DNA of 64,000 nt from Zoogloeaceae bacterium (GTDB taxonomy: Bacteria > Pseudomonadota > Gammaproteobacteria > Burkholderiales > Rhodocyclaceae), in assembly GCA_031256795.1 (NCBI GenBank), contig JAIRPW010000013.1, positions 21,039-85,038 of the forward strand, read 5' to 3'. The notes below the pieces were generated by a model that was given only the letters and a program-made list of their open reading frames with translations, did not search any database and was not told the origin of the DNA. The position numbers were made by a program, and so were the translations under genes. This document shows, piece after piece, positions 10,242-19,712 of the stretch (its first letter is position 1; each line of letters starts with the position of its first letter).

Positions 10242-10898
10242 TTAGTTTATGCCGGGAATCGCGGGAAAAAAACTTAGGACGTCGGCAAAATCGGCGACGC
10301 GCCTGTGCGGAAATTGCTGGGCGGCGCAATGCTCCGCCAGCAGACCTTTGGCAAACACGAAATCCACATGACCGGACGCGCAAAAGTCCGACCGGCCATC
10401 CCCAATTAGCAGCGTTTTTTTGCCCATCGCGCGAGCGCGCCGCGCAATGGCGCATTTACAAAGCCCTGAAGCCGGGACGCAATCAATATCCGCATGGGGA
10501 AACTCCAGCCGCCAGCCGCGCGGCCCGTCCGGCACAAGATGACAGGCATACACGGGCAGGCCGGACAAATGATACCGGCGCAAAATACGCCGGATCGCGT
10601 AATCCAGGCCATCGCTCACAATGGAAAGTTCCCCGCCGCGCGTCCGCACAGCATCCGCGAAATCCGCAAAAGTCTCGTCAATCTCAATGCCGTCAAGGAC
10701 CGCGTCCAGCTCCTCTCCGGAAGCGTCAAGACAAGCGATCTGCCGCCGCATACACTCACGAGAACCAATACGCCCCGCGATCCACTCAGCCTCAAGCGTC
10801 CGCCACTCCGGTTTTCCGAAGACCTCCAGTAAACGGTCCGTCACATCGCCCTTTGAGATCGTGCCGTCAAAATCGCACAGTACGCTCCAAACCGCCAA
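10242..10898 (-). CDS. HAD-IB phosphatase (MtnX-like)
   Basis: CDFDGTI motif I, IVSDG motif II, GLCKC, IGDGRSD motif IV; TTG start. Confidence 0.85.
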   Translation of the reverse strand: MAVWSVLCDFDGTISKGDVTDRLLEVFGKPEWRTLEAEWIAGRIGSRECMRRQIACLDASGEELDAVLDGIEIDETFADFADAVRTRGGELSIVSDGLDYAIRRILRRYHLSGLPVYACHLVPDGPRGWRLEFPHADIDCVPASGLCKCAIARRARAMGKKTLLIGDGRSDFCASGHVDFVFAKGLLAEHCAAQQFPHRRVADFADVLSFFPAIPGIN

Positions 10899-10970
10899 AT
10901 TGCCTTCTCCCTGACGCGCCGATGAATATCCTAGTTTACATTTCCTTGCTGTCAGAAACCTGTCTGTTGT

Positions 10971-11618
10971 TCATGGTTTTTCACCCGCTTGCGCGCTTGC
11001 GGCCGGATTATCAGACTCCGCATCGCCTTTCCCGCGCGCCAAGGCGTCTTTTCTTCTTTTTTCGCGTTTCGCGCGCTTCTTTTCCGCCTTCATGGCTTTG
11101 TCCTGTTTTTTCCGGGCGGCGCGCGCCTCCTGTTCGGCGCGCTGTTTCGCAATAGTTTTGGCGCGACCGGCGTCTTCCGTCGCACGCTTTAGATTTTCCT
11201 TTTCGCGCTCTTCTTCCTGCGCCGCGCGCCGAGAAAGACGCCACCGACGTTCCAAAGCGCGGCCTTCCATTTCCATGCTGCGCGTTTTTTCCAGCGCCTC
11301 CAGATAACGCGCGCGCGCGGCATTCTTACAGTCGTTTACAAAAAAGCGCGTATCGCATTGCGCGGTTTCTTCCGCCAGAGAGTCCTCCATTGCGTCGCGC
11401 CGCCGTGCCGCTTCTTCCTGTAAGGCTTTTCCGCGCTCCAAAAGACTGTCATCGCCCTCCGCAAACGCCTCTTCGCGTACCTCTACTGCCTGCGGCGGAC
11501 TATCCGCAGAAGAAAAATCCGCGTTCTCCGCGCGAACCGCTGCGCAGAGTAGGAATAGACAGAAAAAACAGCCCGCGCGCGTTACGCAGGCTGCCAGGAT
11601 TTTGGATCGATTTTCCAT
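10971..11618 (-). CDS. Exported coiled-coil hypothetical protein
   Basis: Hydrophobic N-terminus ending AVRA, CDTRFFVNDC motif, long E/R/K/A-rich helix. Confidence 0.6.
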   Translation of the reverse strand: MENRSKILAACVTRAGCFFCLFLLCAAVRAENADFSSADSPPQAVEVREEAFAEGDDSLLERGKALQEEAARRRDAMEDSLAEETAQCDTRFFVNDCKNAARARYLEALEKTRSMEMEGRALERRWRLSRRAAQEEEREKENLKRATEDAGRAKTIAKQRAEQEARAARKKQDKAMKAEKKRAKREKRRKDALARGKGDAESDNPAASAQAGEKP

Positions 11619-12802
11619 CGTGAGAACTCTTCCTGTCCGACAATTCGGTCATGACTATTTGCAAGATCCATAATTTCAGGCTTGAGATATTGCATCTTAT
11701 GCGTGTGGTAAATCACCATCACAATCGGATGCAGCAAATTATTTGTATGCTGCTCGCGGATGACAGCCAGCCGCCCGCTGGAAAGACGCACCAAGGAACC
11801 CGTCGGATAAATGCCAATGGCGCGAATAAAACGATGCACCAGACGCGCCTCAAAATGATATTCGCTCCATTCCAGAAGTTTCCTCATCGCCTGGGAAGGC
11901 TGCAAACCCTTGTGATACACGCGATCAGAGGAAATGGCGTCATACACATCCACGATGGCGGCCATTTTCCCGTACATCGAAATGCCGTTGCCGCGCAGCC
12001 GGCCAGGATAGCCGCTGCCGTCATGACGCTCGTGATGCTGCGAAACCACCTGCATGGCAACCGCAGAAATACCGGACATGCCTTTCAGAATACTGACGCT
12101 ATGATTGACATGCTCTTTGATGCGCGTAAATTCCGCAGGCGTAAGTCTGCCCGGTTTATTCAAAATGGCGTCAGGAATTCGCATTTTGCCAAGGTCGTGC
12201 AACAACGCGCCCGTGGCAATCTCCCGAATCGCCTGACAAGACATGCCCAGATGCCGCGCAAAGGCTGTCATCAAAGCGGAAACCGCGACGCTGTGCTCGA
12301 ATGTGTAGGTATCGTGCTGTTTAAGCGCGGCGAGCGGCAAAAGCGCGTTTTGGTTGCGCAGGACGGAATCCACAATTTCTTCGACCAGCGGCTCCACGCG
12401 CTCTTGCTCAATTTGCGCCCCCATGCGCACATCGTGCATTAAACGCTGAACAATCTGGTTGGCCTCCGCGTGAATTTTGCGCGACTGCGGCGCTTCTTCA
12501 GAAAGGCTGACATGCGGAGGAAGCGGAATTTCTTCCGTGACGCCGACCGCAATATCTTCCATTTTCTGCCGCAGCGATTCGTCCACTTCCTCCAGGGTTT
12601 GCGCCCCCGGAACATCCAGCCCGCGCTCGGTATCAATATACAGGTCCTGAATGCCCAAACTGCGGATTTTCGCAATGCGCGCCTTGCCGTCTACCGGAAA
12701 GGCATTGGTCAGAAAAGGATGCTCCATCCAACCGCAGTTCAGGTCATGAACATACATGCCTGGAGTCAAATCGTCGATAGAGATTTTTTTAATCATGGGC
12801 AA
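11582..12802 (-). CDS. HD-GYP c-di-GMP phosphodiesterase with N-terminal DUF3391-like domain
   Basis: IKKISIDDLTPGMYV N-terminus; HSVAVS, LLHDLGK, HHERHDGSGYP, IVDVYDAI. Confidence 0.9.
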   Translation of the reverse strand: MPMIKKISIDDLTPGMYVHDLNCGWMEHPFLTNAFPVDGKARIAKIRSLGIQDLYIDTERGLDVPGAQTLEEVDESLRQKMEDIAVGVTEEIPLPPHVSLSEEAPQSRKIHAEANQIVQRLMHDVRMGAQIEQERVEPLVEEIVDSVLRNQNALLPLAALKQHDTYTFEHSVAVSALMTAFARHLGMSCQAIREIATGALLHDLGKMRIPDAILNKPGRLTPAEFTRIKEHVNHSVSILKGMSGISAVAMQVVSQHHERHDGSGYPGRLRGNGISMYGKMAAIVDVYDAISSDRVYHKGLQPSQAMRKLLEWSEYHFEARLVHRFIRAIGIYPTGSLVRLSSGRLAVIREQHTNNLLHPIVMVIYHTHKMQYLKPEIMDLANSHDRIVGQEEFSRWKIDPKSWQPA

Positions 12803-12923
12803 AAAAAGAAACCGCGCGCGAATGCGCCGCGCCCATATTTTACGCCGTGTTGCGCCTGCCGCTCATTTTCCGCTGCGCTTGTCTCAAGGAGACAGCCATT
12901 GATTTTCGACGCGGAAGTCTATC

Positions 12924-14066
12924 TTAACGCGCCGGGTTCTCCGCCCCTAAAATCCGGTAGCGTTCCGCTGGCAGCGCTTCCGCCGTCTCGCTCCAAAAGG
13001 GAAGCGTTGAAGGCAGCGTAAACGCTTCCGCAAGCGCAAAAGCCGCCCAATTCATTTCCCAAAACCCGAAAGAAAGGCGGCGCAGGGCGTCCGCTTCTTG
13101 CGTATCCGGCGCGAGCCGCCGCAAAGCGCGGCACACTCCCGCCGCATCCACAGCCACCCAGTTGTACCCTGGCGCATAGAATTCCGCGCGACAAAAAAAT
13201 TCGCAGGGATGCTTTCGCGCGGACAAAGAAGCATCCGAGGCCACCTCCATGTAGGAAGGAATCAGCCGCAAACCGGGAATCAAACGCGCGGGAAGCTCCA
13301 GGGCGCGCGCAAGCGCAACGAAAAGCCCGCAGATTTCCGCTGAACCGCCGCTGCATCGCCCGGTTTGCAGCTGCCGCGCCACGCTGGGCGCGACGTCGCG
13401 GACGCCGCCGTTTTCCAGTTCCGGCTGATACTGACTGTTTACCGCCACCCAGTCAAAAAGCGCGCGCGCGCGCGCGACAGGATCAACGATGCGCCCAACA
13501 ATCTCCCGCGCTTTCGTCCGCGCAAGTTCCTGAACGTCCCGCAAAGCGGAGTTATCCGCATACTGACGCAAAAGATCAGCGCGCTCCGGGGCAAAAGTCC
13601 GACGCGAGACGTCCAGAAAGCGCGGCGCGGTTTCAACCAAATATTCCAAATGCGCCGCAGACGTAACGCCATTCGGCCAAACAAGCGCAAGCGCGTCGCG
13701 CGCCCCTTCCGATTCCCGTGTCCAAGCAAAAGACGCAGCCCCCGAAAAATCAATTGCGCGAACGCGCTGCCATAAGAGCGGCGCGGGCGACGCGGCAAGC
13801 GGCAAAGGAAACGTGACAGAAGCGGCGCGCCCAGGAAAGTCTATGGCAAGCGACAGCGTAAACCGCCGCCATTTTTCAGGAAGCTCTGCAGCCCGGACTG
13901 GCGGCAGGCGATTCGCGGATAAATCAGAAAAATCAATGCTTTCCTGACCGACGCGCTTTCCGGAATGTTTCCCGGCTTTTGCGGGCGGTCTGCCCTTTTT
14001 TTTGGCGGCCCAGGCAGAAGAAGACGCGGCCAGCGCCGCACCCAGAAGAAAAGCCCTGCGTTTCAT
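12924..14066 (-). CDS. Tat-exported transglutaminase-like protein, catalytic triad degenerate
   Basis: MKRRAFLL twin-Arg signal; core GGSAEICGLFVALARALELPAR...FCRAEFY...WVAVD. Confidence 0.7.
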   Translation of the reverse strand: MKRRAFLLGAALAASSSAWAAKKKGRPPAKAGKHSGKRVGQESIDFSDLSANRLPPVRAAELPEKWRRFTLSLAIDFPGRAASVTFPLPLAASPAPLLWQRVRAIDFSGAASFAWTRESEGARDALALVWPNGVTSAAHLEYLVETAPRFLDVSRRTFAPERADLLRQYADNSALRDVQELARTKAREIVGRIVDPVARARALFDWVAVNSQYQPELENGGVRDVAPSVARQLQTGRCSGGSAEICGLFVALARALELPARLIPGLRLIPSYMEVASDASLSARKHPCEFFCRAEFYAPGYNWVAVDAAGVCRALRRLAPDTQEADALRRLSFGFWEMNWAAFALAEAFTLPSTLPFWSETAEALPAERYRILGAENPAR

Positions 14067-14266
14067 GGGGGCCTCTCTTCGCTCCCGGAAAGGGATTCCG
14101 TTTCCGGGAGACGATATTTTTCTTCCGCCCAATGTCCCAAATCAATGAGTTTGCAACGCTCCGAACAAAAAGGACGCCAGGAATTGGCTTTTTCCCAGCG
14201 CGTTTCCCGGCCACAGCGCGGACAATTGATGACGCGGGCGGCAATAGAATCTCTCGCTTCAGACAT
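14063..14266 (-). CDS. yacG: DNA gyrase inhibitor YacG
   Basis: CPRCG...RPFCSERCKLIDLGHWAEEKY. Confidence 0.9.
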   Translation of the reverse strand: MSEARDSIAARVINCPRCGRETRWEKANSWRPFCSERCKLIDLGHWAEEKYRLPETESLSGSEERPP

Positions 14267-14282
14267 TACAAATTCACTGAAT

Positions 14283-15047
14283 TCAGGCATTCAACGAACA
14301 AAAACTCAGGAAAAACTCAACGTTCTCACTCACGCACTGCGCCTTGGCTGCCGCTTCCGCAGGCAGAATAAAACGGATATTAAGCGCGTAACGATTGGCG
14401 CTGATTTCCGGGATGGCCTGCACATGATCTTCCAACTCTATCCGCGCTAGCTGAAAACTCGCGCCGTTGAGCGTTTGCTGATAAAGGCCTTCCTTTGCGA
14501 CAAGAGCGCTGCGCGCGCCAGAGGCGCGCAGTAACCGCAAAATCAGCTCTATCGCGCTTTGCGCCGGAAGAATATTTTTCTGCAGCTGTTCCAGAAAATT
14601 CTTCCGCACATGCGGCGGCATACTGAGCCAATAATGATAAAAGGGCAGGTCAAAACCACACGCGCCGCCGGGAAGAGTGGATTTATTCTTGAGCGACATC
14701 AGCCAGGCGTTGTCGCGCAACGCCTGCCCAAAACGGCCATTCAGCGCGATCAGCGCGGTTGTAGCCTGCTCTATTTCATACAGCGAGCCATTGAGGGCTT
14801 CTTCGGAAATTTTGGGATTATTGCGGAACTGCAAAAGCAACTGACGCTGACGCTCCAATTCCTGCACCAGAGATACTTTTGGATCAGATCGCCCAACGAC
14901 ATCCAGAATATCAAAAATCGCCTCTAGGGCAATATGATGATCCTGCCAATGTTCGCGGCGGGAAAAATAGCGCGCTTTGCCAAACAGCGTTTCCAAACGC
15001 AGCAAACACCGAATATGTTCATTACAAGGAAATTCGTAGACGATCAC
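14283..15047 (-). CDS. zapD: Cell division protein ZapD
   Basis: VIVYEFPCNEHIRCLLRLE start (GTG), PGGACGFDLPFYHYWL, PEISANRYALNIRF; precedes yacG. Confidence 0.9.
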   Translation of the reverse strand: MIVYEFPCNEHIRCLLRLETLFGKARYFSRREHWQDHHIALEAIFDILDVVGRSDPKVSLVQELERQRQLLLQFRNNPKISEEALNGSLYEIEQATTALIALNGRFGQALRDNAWLMSLKNKSTLPGGACGFDLPFYHYWLSMPPHVRKNFLEQLQKNILPAQSAIELILRLLRASGARSALVAKEGLYQQTLNGASFQLARIELEDHVQAIPEISANRYALNIRFILPAEAAAKAQCVSENVEFFLSFCSLNA

Positions 15048-15220
15048 GGTAGTCCACGCTCCAAAATATATCGGGTGATTATTCTGGCTTTTATCAATAT
15101 CTGCAAGCAATTTTTTTGCCAATTTTATGCTTTTGTCCGAAATTATTTGCGCGCCATGCCGCATTTTCCGCGCAATGCTATGATGCGTCCCGCGCGGCAG
15201 GCGATTCAAAAATATTTTTT

Positions 15221-16159
15221 ATGCACACTTCAAATACTCTGAACCGGCTGGAAAAATGGCTGTTGCGAAAAACCGGGCAAGCCATTGCCGATTATCAAAT
15301 GATCGCACCGGGCGATACGGTGCTGGTTTGTGTTTCTGGCGGCAAGGATTCCATGACCTTGCTTGCGCTCCTGCAACTGTTGCGCCGCCGCGCGCCGGTT
15401 GATTTTTCCCTGATTGCCATGAATCTGGATCAAAAGCAGCCCGGATTCCCGGCAGAAGTCCTGCCCGCCTGGTTTGCCGAGCGCGGCGTGAACTTTCGCG
15501 TAGTGGAGGCGGACACTTATTCCATTGTCCGCGAAAAAATTCCCGAAGGCAAAACGACTTGCTCGCTATGCTCCCGGCTGCGGCGAGGCATTATTTACCG
15601 TACCGCGCGGGAGGTAGGCGCGAACAAAATCGCGCTGGGACACCACCGCGACGATATGGCGCATACTCTTTTCCTTAACCTTTTTTTCGGCGGACGCTTA
15701 AAAGCCATGCCGCCCAAGCTCAAAACGGATGATGGCGCGCATATCGTCATTCGCCCCTTGGCCTATTGCGCCGAACACGATATTGCCCGATATGCGAAAG
15801 GCATGGGATTTCCCATTATTCCCTGCGGGCTATGCGGCGCGCAGGATCATTTGCAGCGGCAAAAAATCCGTTCCATGCTAAACGAATGGGAAGCCCGTTT
15901 TCCGGGACGCATAGAATCCGTGCTGCACGCGCTGCAAAATGTCGTGCCTTCGCACCTCGCGGACAGAACGCTTTTTGATTTTCAGAATTTGCGCGCGGAT
16001 ACGAAAAATACAAGTGAATCCATATCGGAGAATAAATCCGCGGCTTTTGCGTTTAAAGAGGACGAAATTCCCTCCGCTCAGCCATCGGAATTTTTGCCGC
16101 CAGATTTACGCCCCATCCGCATATTCCCCCCTTCCGTCAAAACAGAATCCGATTTTTAG
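15221..16159 (+). CDS. ttcA: tRNA 2-thiocytidine(32) synthetase
   Basis: SGGKDS PP-loop, [24 protein letters not shown]. Confidence 0.93.
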   Translation: MHTSNTLNRLEKWLLRKTGQAIADYQMIAPGDTVLVCVSGGKDSMTLLALLQLLRRRAPVDFSLIAMNLDQKQPGFPAEVLPAWFAERGVNFRVVEADTYSIVREKIPEGKTTCSLCSRLRRGIIYRTAREVGANKIALGHHRDDMAHTLFLNLFFGGRLKAMPPKLKTDDGAHIVIRPLAYCAEHDIARYAKGMGFPIIPCGLCGAQDHLQRQKIRSMLNEWEARFPGRIESVLHALQNVVPSHLADRTLFDFQNLRADTKNTSESISENKSAAFAFKEDEIPSAQPSEFLPPDLRPIRIFPPSVKTESDF

Positions 16160-16203
16160 CGCATGGCAAGGCGAGCCGTGCGCATCATCCTCAATATTCG
16201 ACG

Positions 16204-17070
16204 CTAAAGCAGTTGATTCAGCCATTCGCCCAAACGAACGCCCGCATCAACGATCCGGGACCGGGCAATCGCTTTCGCGCGCGAATCAAACGCAAACGTC
16301 AAACGCCGAACCGGCGTTCCGGGAATCAAAGGCGGATAGGCATAACGGGCAAGTTCACGGCTCTCCCGCGCCCACAAAAGAACATCACCCGCGCGCGATT
16401 CCGATCCCGCGCCAGCGCGCGACGGCGGGAGAAACGGAATGCCGCCCCCAAAACGGCTGGGCAGCTGATCCCAATATTGGTGCAGCGTCAGCATAACCTT
16501 GCGGCGCGACGAAATGGAACGCTCAACTTTTGTCTGATTCCCGCCCCGGTCGCGCCGCCCGCCCAAATGCAACGGCTGATGCGCGTCTCCGACCAAATGC
16601 AAAATCCAGGGCAGGGCAAATGTCTGCTCCGCCTCGCTGCCCATAACAATAAGCCGCGCAAGTTCAGGTAACCGCCGCAGCAACTGTCCGCTTTCCTGAT
16701 CCTGGTAATGCCAATCCCCATGCCGCAAGCGATCAGGAAATCCCGGCCAAAGCGGATACCGGGACAAAGAATCGTCCCGCGCGACAAAGCGCGGATCATG
16801 CCGAATGTTATCCGCCCAAACCGACGCTTCCAAAAACACGCCATAGCCTACATCCCGTTCCCGCACGCGCCGCTCCCAGCGCGGATAATCCGGATGCCGG
16901 CGCAACAGCAGGATTGCCCGCGCCCGCGCCTCTGGCGTCATGACATGCCAGGCAATCGCGGCAACCTGCCGATGTCCTGTCGCATTCCAGGCCAGCGCGG
17001 CGACAGACCCCGCGCAGCACATAAACACAAAATACAGCCGCGCAATGCTTTTTACGCCCGTAAAAATCAC
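16204..17070 (-). CDS. Secreted S1/P1 nuclease
   Basis: Signal peptide then WNATGH; WADNIR; LHLVGDAHQPLH; LHQYWD zinc ligands. Confidence 0.85.
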   Translation of the reverse strand: MIFTGVKSIARLYFVFMCCAGSVAALAWNATGHRQVAAIAWHVMTPEARARAILLLRRHPDYPRWERRVRERDVGYGVFLEASVWADNIRHDPRFVARDDSLSRYPLWPGFPDRLRHGDWHYQDQESGQLLRRLPELARLIVMGSEAEQTFALPWILHLVGDAHQPLHLGGRRDRGGNQTKVERSISSRRKVMLTLHQYWDQLPSRFGGGIPFLPPSRAGAGSESRAGDVLLWARESRELARYAYPPLIPGTPVRRLTFAFDSRAKAIARSRIVDAGVRLGEWLNQLL

Positions 17071-17139
17071 GATACGTTTTCCCGGATTTCTAACACTTCC
17101 GCATACCCAACATCACCATATACAGCGCGCACCCCAGGC

Positions 17140-19674
17140 TTATTCGTCATCCTGACTGAGCATTCGGCTACGACGCAGCAAGCGACGAATGAACGGACGC
17201 TCGCGTTCGCGCGGAGGATGCAACGCCGCCGTCATATCCGCTAGAGCAGCCGCAATTCGCGCATTCAGGCTGCCGGACGGCAATTGCCCCTGCGCATCCG
17301 GCACGCCCGCAGAAATTCCTGTCAGCCGTTCCAGCGTTTCATCTACCGTGGCCACCGGATAAATATGAAAACGCCCTGCGCGCGCGGCTTCTACGACGTC
17401 CAGACGCAGCATCAGATGCGGTACGCTCGCGGCGGGAATCAACACCCCCTGCTCCCCCGTCAATCCGCGCGCGGCGCATAAATCATAAAACCCCTCAATC
17501 TTTTCATTCACGCCGCCGATCACCTGCACTTCCCCAAACTGATTGATGGAGCCTGTCAGCGCCAGCGACTGGCGAATGGGGGTTTGCGCCAACGCGGATA
17601 GCAGCGCGCACAATTCCGCCAGCGAAGCGGAATCCCCCTCTACCTCGCCATAAGACTGCTCAAAGACCAGGCTCGCGGATAGCGACAGCGGCTGATGCCG
17701 CGCATAGCGCGCGGCCAGAAACGCCGTCAAAATCAACACCCCCTTGGAATGAATCGCGCCGCCCAAATCCGTTTCCCGCTCAATGTCCACCACATCCCCA
17801 TCCCCCACTCGCACCGTCGCGGTCACGCGCGCCGCATGTCCATGCCGCTCCCCCGCTACCTCCACGACCACAAGCGCATTGGCTTGCCCAATTCGCTCGC
17901 CTTCTGTGGAAATCAGTGTGCTGCCTTCAAGAATATCTTCCAGTATTTCCCGCGGGTAACGCTCACAACGCCTCGCGCGCGCAAGAAGCGCGGCAGAAAT
18001 ATCCGCTTCCGTAATCAAGGCGGCATTTTCACGAGCGGAGCGGGCATAAAAATCCGCCTCGCGCAACACATCCCGCAAGTAGCGCGTATTGAGCGATAAA
18101 CGCCCCGCGTGATCTGCGTAACGCGCGGCTTCCTCAATCAGGCGCGCGACCGCAGGCGCGTCAGCAGGCAAAAGGCGCGGCGCGGACAAGGGCGAATATT
18201 CCGAAACGCAACAAAAATCGCGCCCATGTTCTATATCCAAATGCGCAATCAGGCGCGCAAAAAGACGCTCATTCTCTGGAATACGCGGCAAATCATCCGC
18301 AAAATCCGCCACTACTTTGAAAAGTTTTCTGAAATCCGGATCGTTCTCTGCCAGCATTTCATACAGACCGCGCTCACCAATCAAAACCACCTTGACCTGA
18401 CAAGGCGCGGCTTCCGGATTCAGAGAAGCCTGACTCATCCAACTCTGCGCCTCCGCTGGCGGATCCATGACAATCCGACCGCTTTTCAAAACGCGTTTCA
18501 AACCCTCCCATACATAGGATTGCGCCAGCAATTGCTGCGCGTCAATTACCAGATAACCACCATTCGCCCGATGCAACGCCCCCGCGCGAATCATGTCAAA
18601 CGATAGCGTTTGATTTTGCGGCAAGGGCATAGATTCAACCACGCCAAATAAATTTCCAAACCCAGGATTGTCCTCCATGACGATCGGCGCGCCCTGGGTT
18701 TTCCCATGATCCACAAGAAGATTGATTTGATACTGACGCAAAGCGTTTTTCACGCTGTCCGCGCGATCCTCTTCTCCACCCGCGCCACCGCATTCCCCTT
18801 CACGCTCGCCCTCCAGTGTCAGGCCGCTCACGGAAATTCGGCGCGTAATGTCTTCGCATATCGCGTCAATCAACGCAATTACCTCGGTAAAGTCGGCGTA
18901 ACGACGGCGTAAATCGCGCGTCAAGTGTTCCAGCACCGGGCGCAAGGCGCGCTGCTCCGCGCGCGCAACCGCATACGCCAATTCCTGGCGTTGCGCGGGA
19001 AGTTCGGCCAAAAGTTCTGCCAGCGCGTCATTCCAGCGCGCCGCTCGCTTCTCCCAGTTTTGCCGCGCCTCTTCCGATAGCGCCTCAAACGCATCTGGAG
19101 TTATAGGCGCGCCGTTTTCTTTCGGCGCTACAACAAAGCCGTCTGGCGTATTGATCAGACACAGACCATCCTCCGCACAGGACTTCTCCAATTCGGAAAG
19201 CGCGTCTTTTTCGTGTGTTCTATACTGATTTTCCAGCGTTTCAATGCGGTAGACATGATTTTCCGCATTCAGCGCCGCGCGAATTGCCAGCGGCAATTCG
19301 CGGCAGAAATCGCGTAAATCCGCCTTTAGCCGCGCCCCCAACCCTGAAGGCAAACGCATGAGCCTGGGAGACCGCGGATCGGAAAAATTATGCAGGTAGC
19401 ACAGGTCAGGCGGCACATTCCCCAAACGCGCCTTCTCCTGAATACAGCGTAGCGCGACTGCGCGACGCCCTTCTCCCGGCTCGCCCATGATGAACACGTG
19501 ATACCCAGGATGCGGCATGGCCAAACCAAAGGCTAACGCTTCCTCCGCGCGCGACTGCCCCAAAGCATACGGCAAAGGCGGCAAGTCCGCCGTACTGGAA
19601 AATCCCAGTGCGGCAGGATCGGTGCGACGGCGCAGCAGATCAGGCGCAAGCGACGAGAAAGTGGCAACGGTCAT
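17140..19674 (-). CDS. Lon-like (LonC/YcbZ-type) protease, AAA-like domain plus Lon_C
   Basis: GQSRAEEALAFG, GALHRANGGYL, HSKGVLIL, EGDSASLAE (Ser), IGGVNEKIEGF (Lys). Confidence 0.85.
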   Translation of the reverse strand: MTVATFSSLAPDLLRRRTDPAALGFSSTADLPPLPYALGQSRAEEALAFGLAMPHPGYHVFIMGEPGEGRRAVALRCIQEKARLGNVPPDLCYLHNFSDPRSPRLMRLPSGLGARLKADLRDFCRELPLAIRAALNAENHVYRIETLENQYRTHEKDALSELEKSCAEDGLCLINTPDGFVVAPKENGAPITPDAFEALSEEARQNWEKRAARWNDALAELLAELPAQRQELAYAVARAEQRALRPVLEHLTRDLRRRYADFTEVIALIDAICEDITRRISVSGLTLEGEREGECGGAGGEEDRADSVKNALRQYQINLLVDHGKTQGAPIVMEDNPGFGNLFGVVESMPLPQNQTLSFDMIRAGALHRANGGYLVIDAQQLLAQSYVWEGLKRVLKSGRIVMDPPAEAQSWMSQASLNPEAAPCQVKVVLIGERGLYEMLAENDPDFRKLFKVVADFADDLPRIPENERLFARLIAHLDIEHGRDFCCVSEYSPLSAPRLLPADAPAVARLIEEAARYADHAGRLSLNTRYLRDVLREADFYARSARENAALITEADISAALLARARRCERYPREILEDILEGSTLISTEGERIGQANALVVVEVAGERHGHAARVTATVRVGDGDVVDIERETDLGGAIHSKGVLILTAFLAARYARHQPLSLSASLVFEQSYGEVEGDSASLAELCALLSALAQTPIRQSLALTGSINQFGEVQVIGGVNEKIEGFYDLCAARGLTGEQGVLIPAASVPHLMLRLDVVEAARAGRFHIYPVATVDETLERLTGISAGVPDAQGQLPSGSLNARIAAALADMTAALHPPRERERPFIRRLLRRSRMLSQDDE

Positions 19675-19712
19675 AACGCCCCCGGAAAAGCAGAAAATCG
19701 TGTGAAAACCAA

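Noticed and set aside
13461-13476. (CG)8 tract and other alternating CG runs (possible Z-DNA)
   Set aside because: Explained by Ala/Arg codon usage (GCG/CGC) in coding sequence and common throughout the host DNA.
14082-14110. Hairpin CTCCCGGAAA-N9-TTTCCGGGAG near the yacG end
   Set aside because: Inside coding sequence with no U-tract; no evidence of function.
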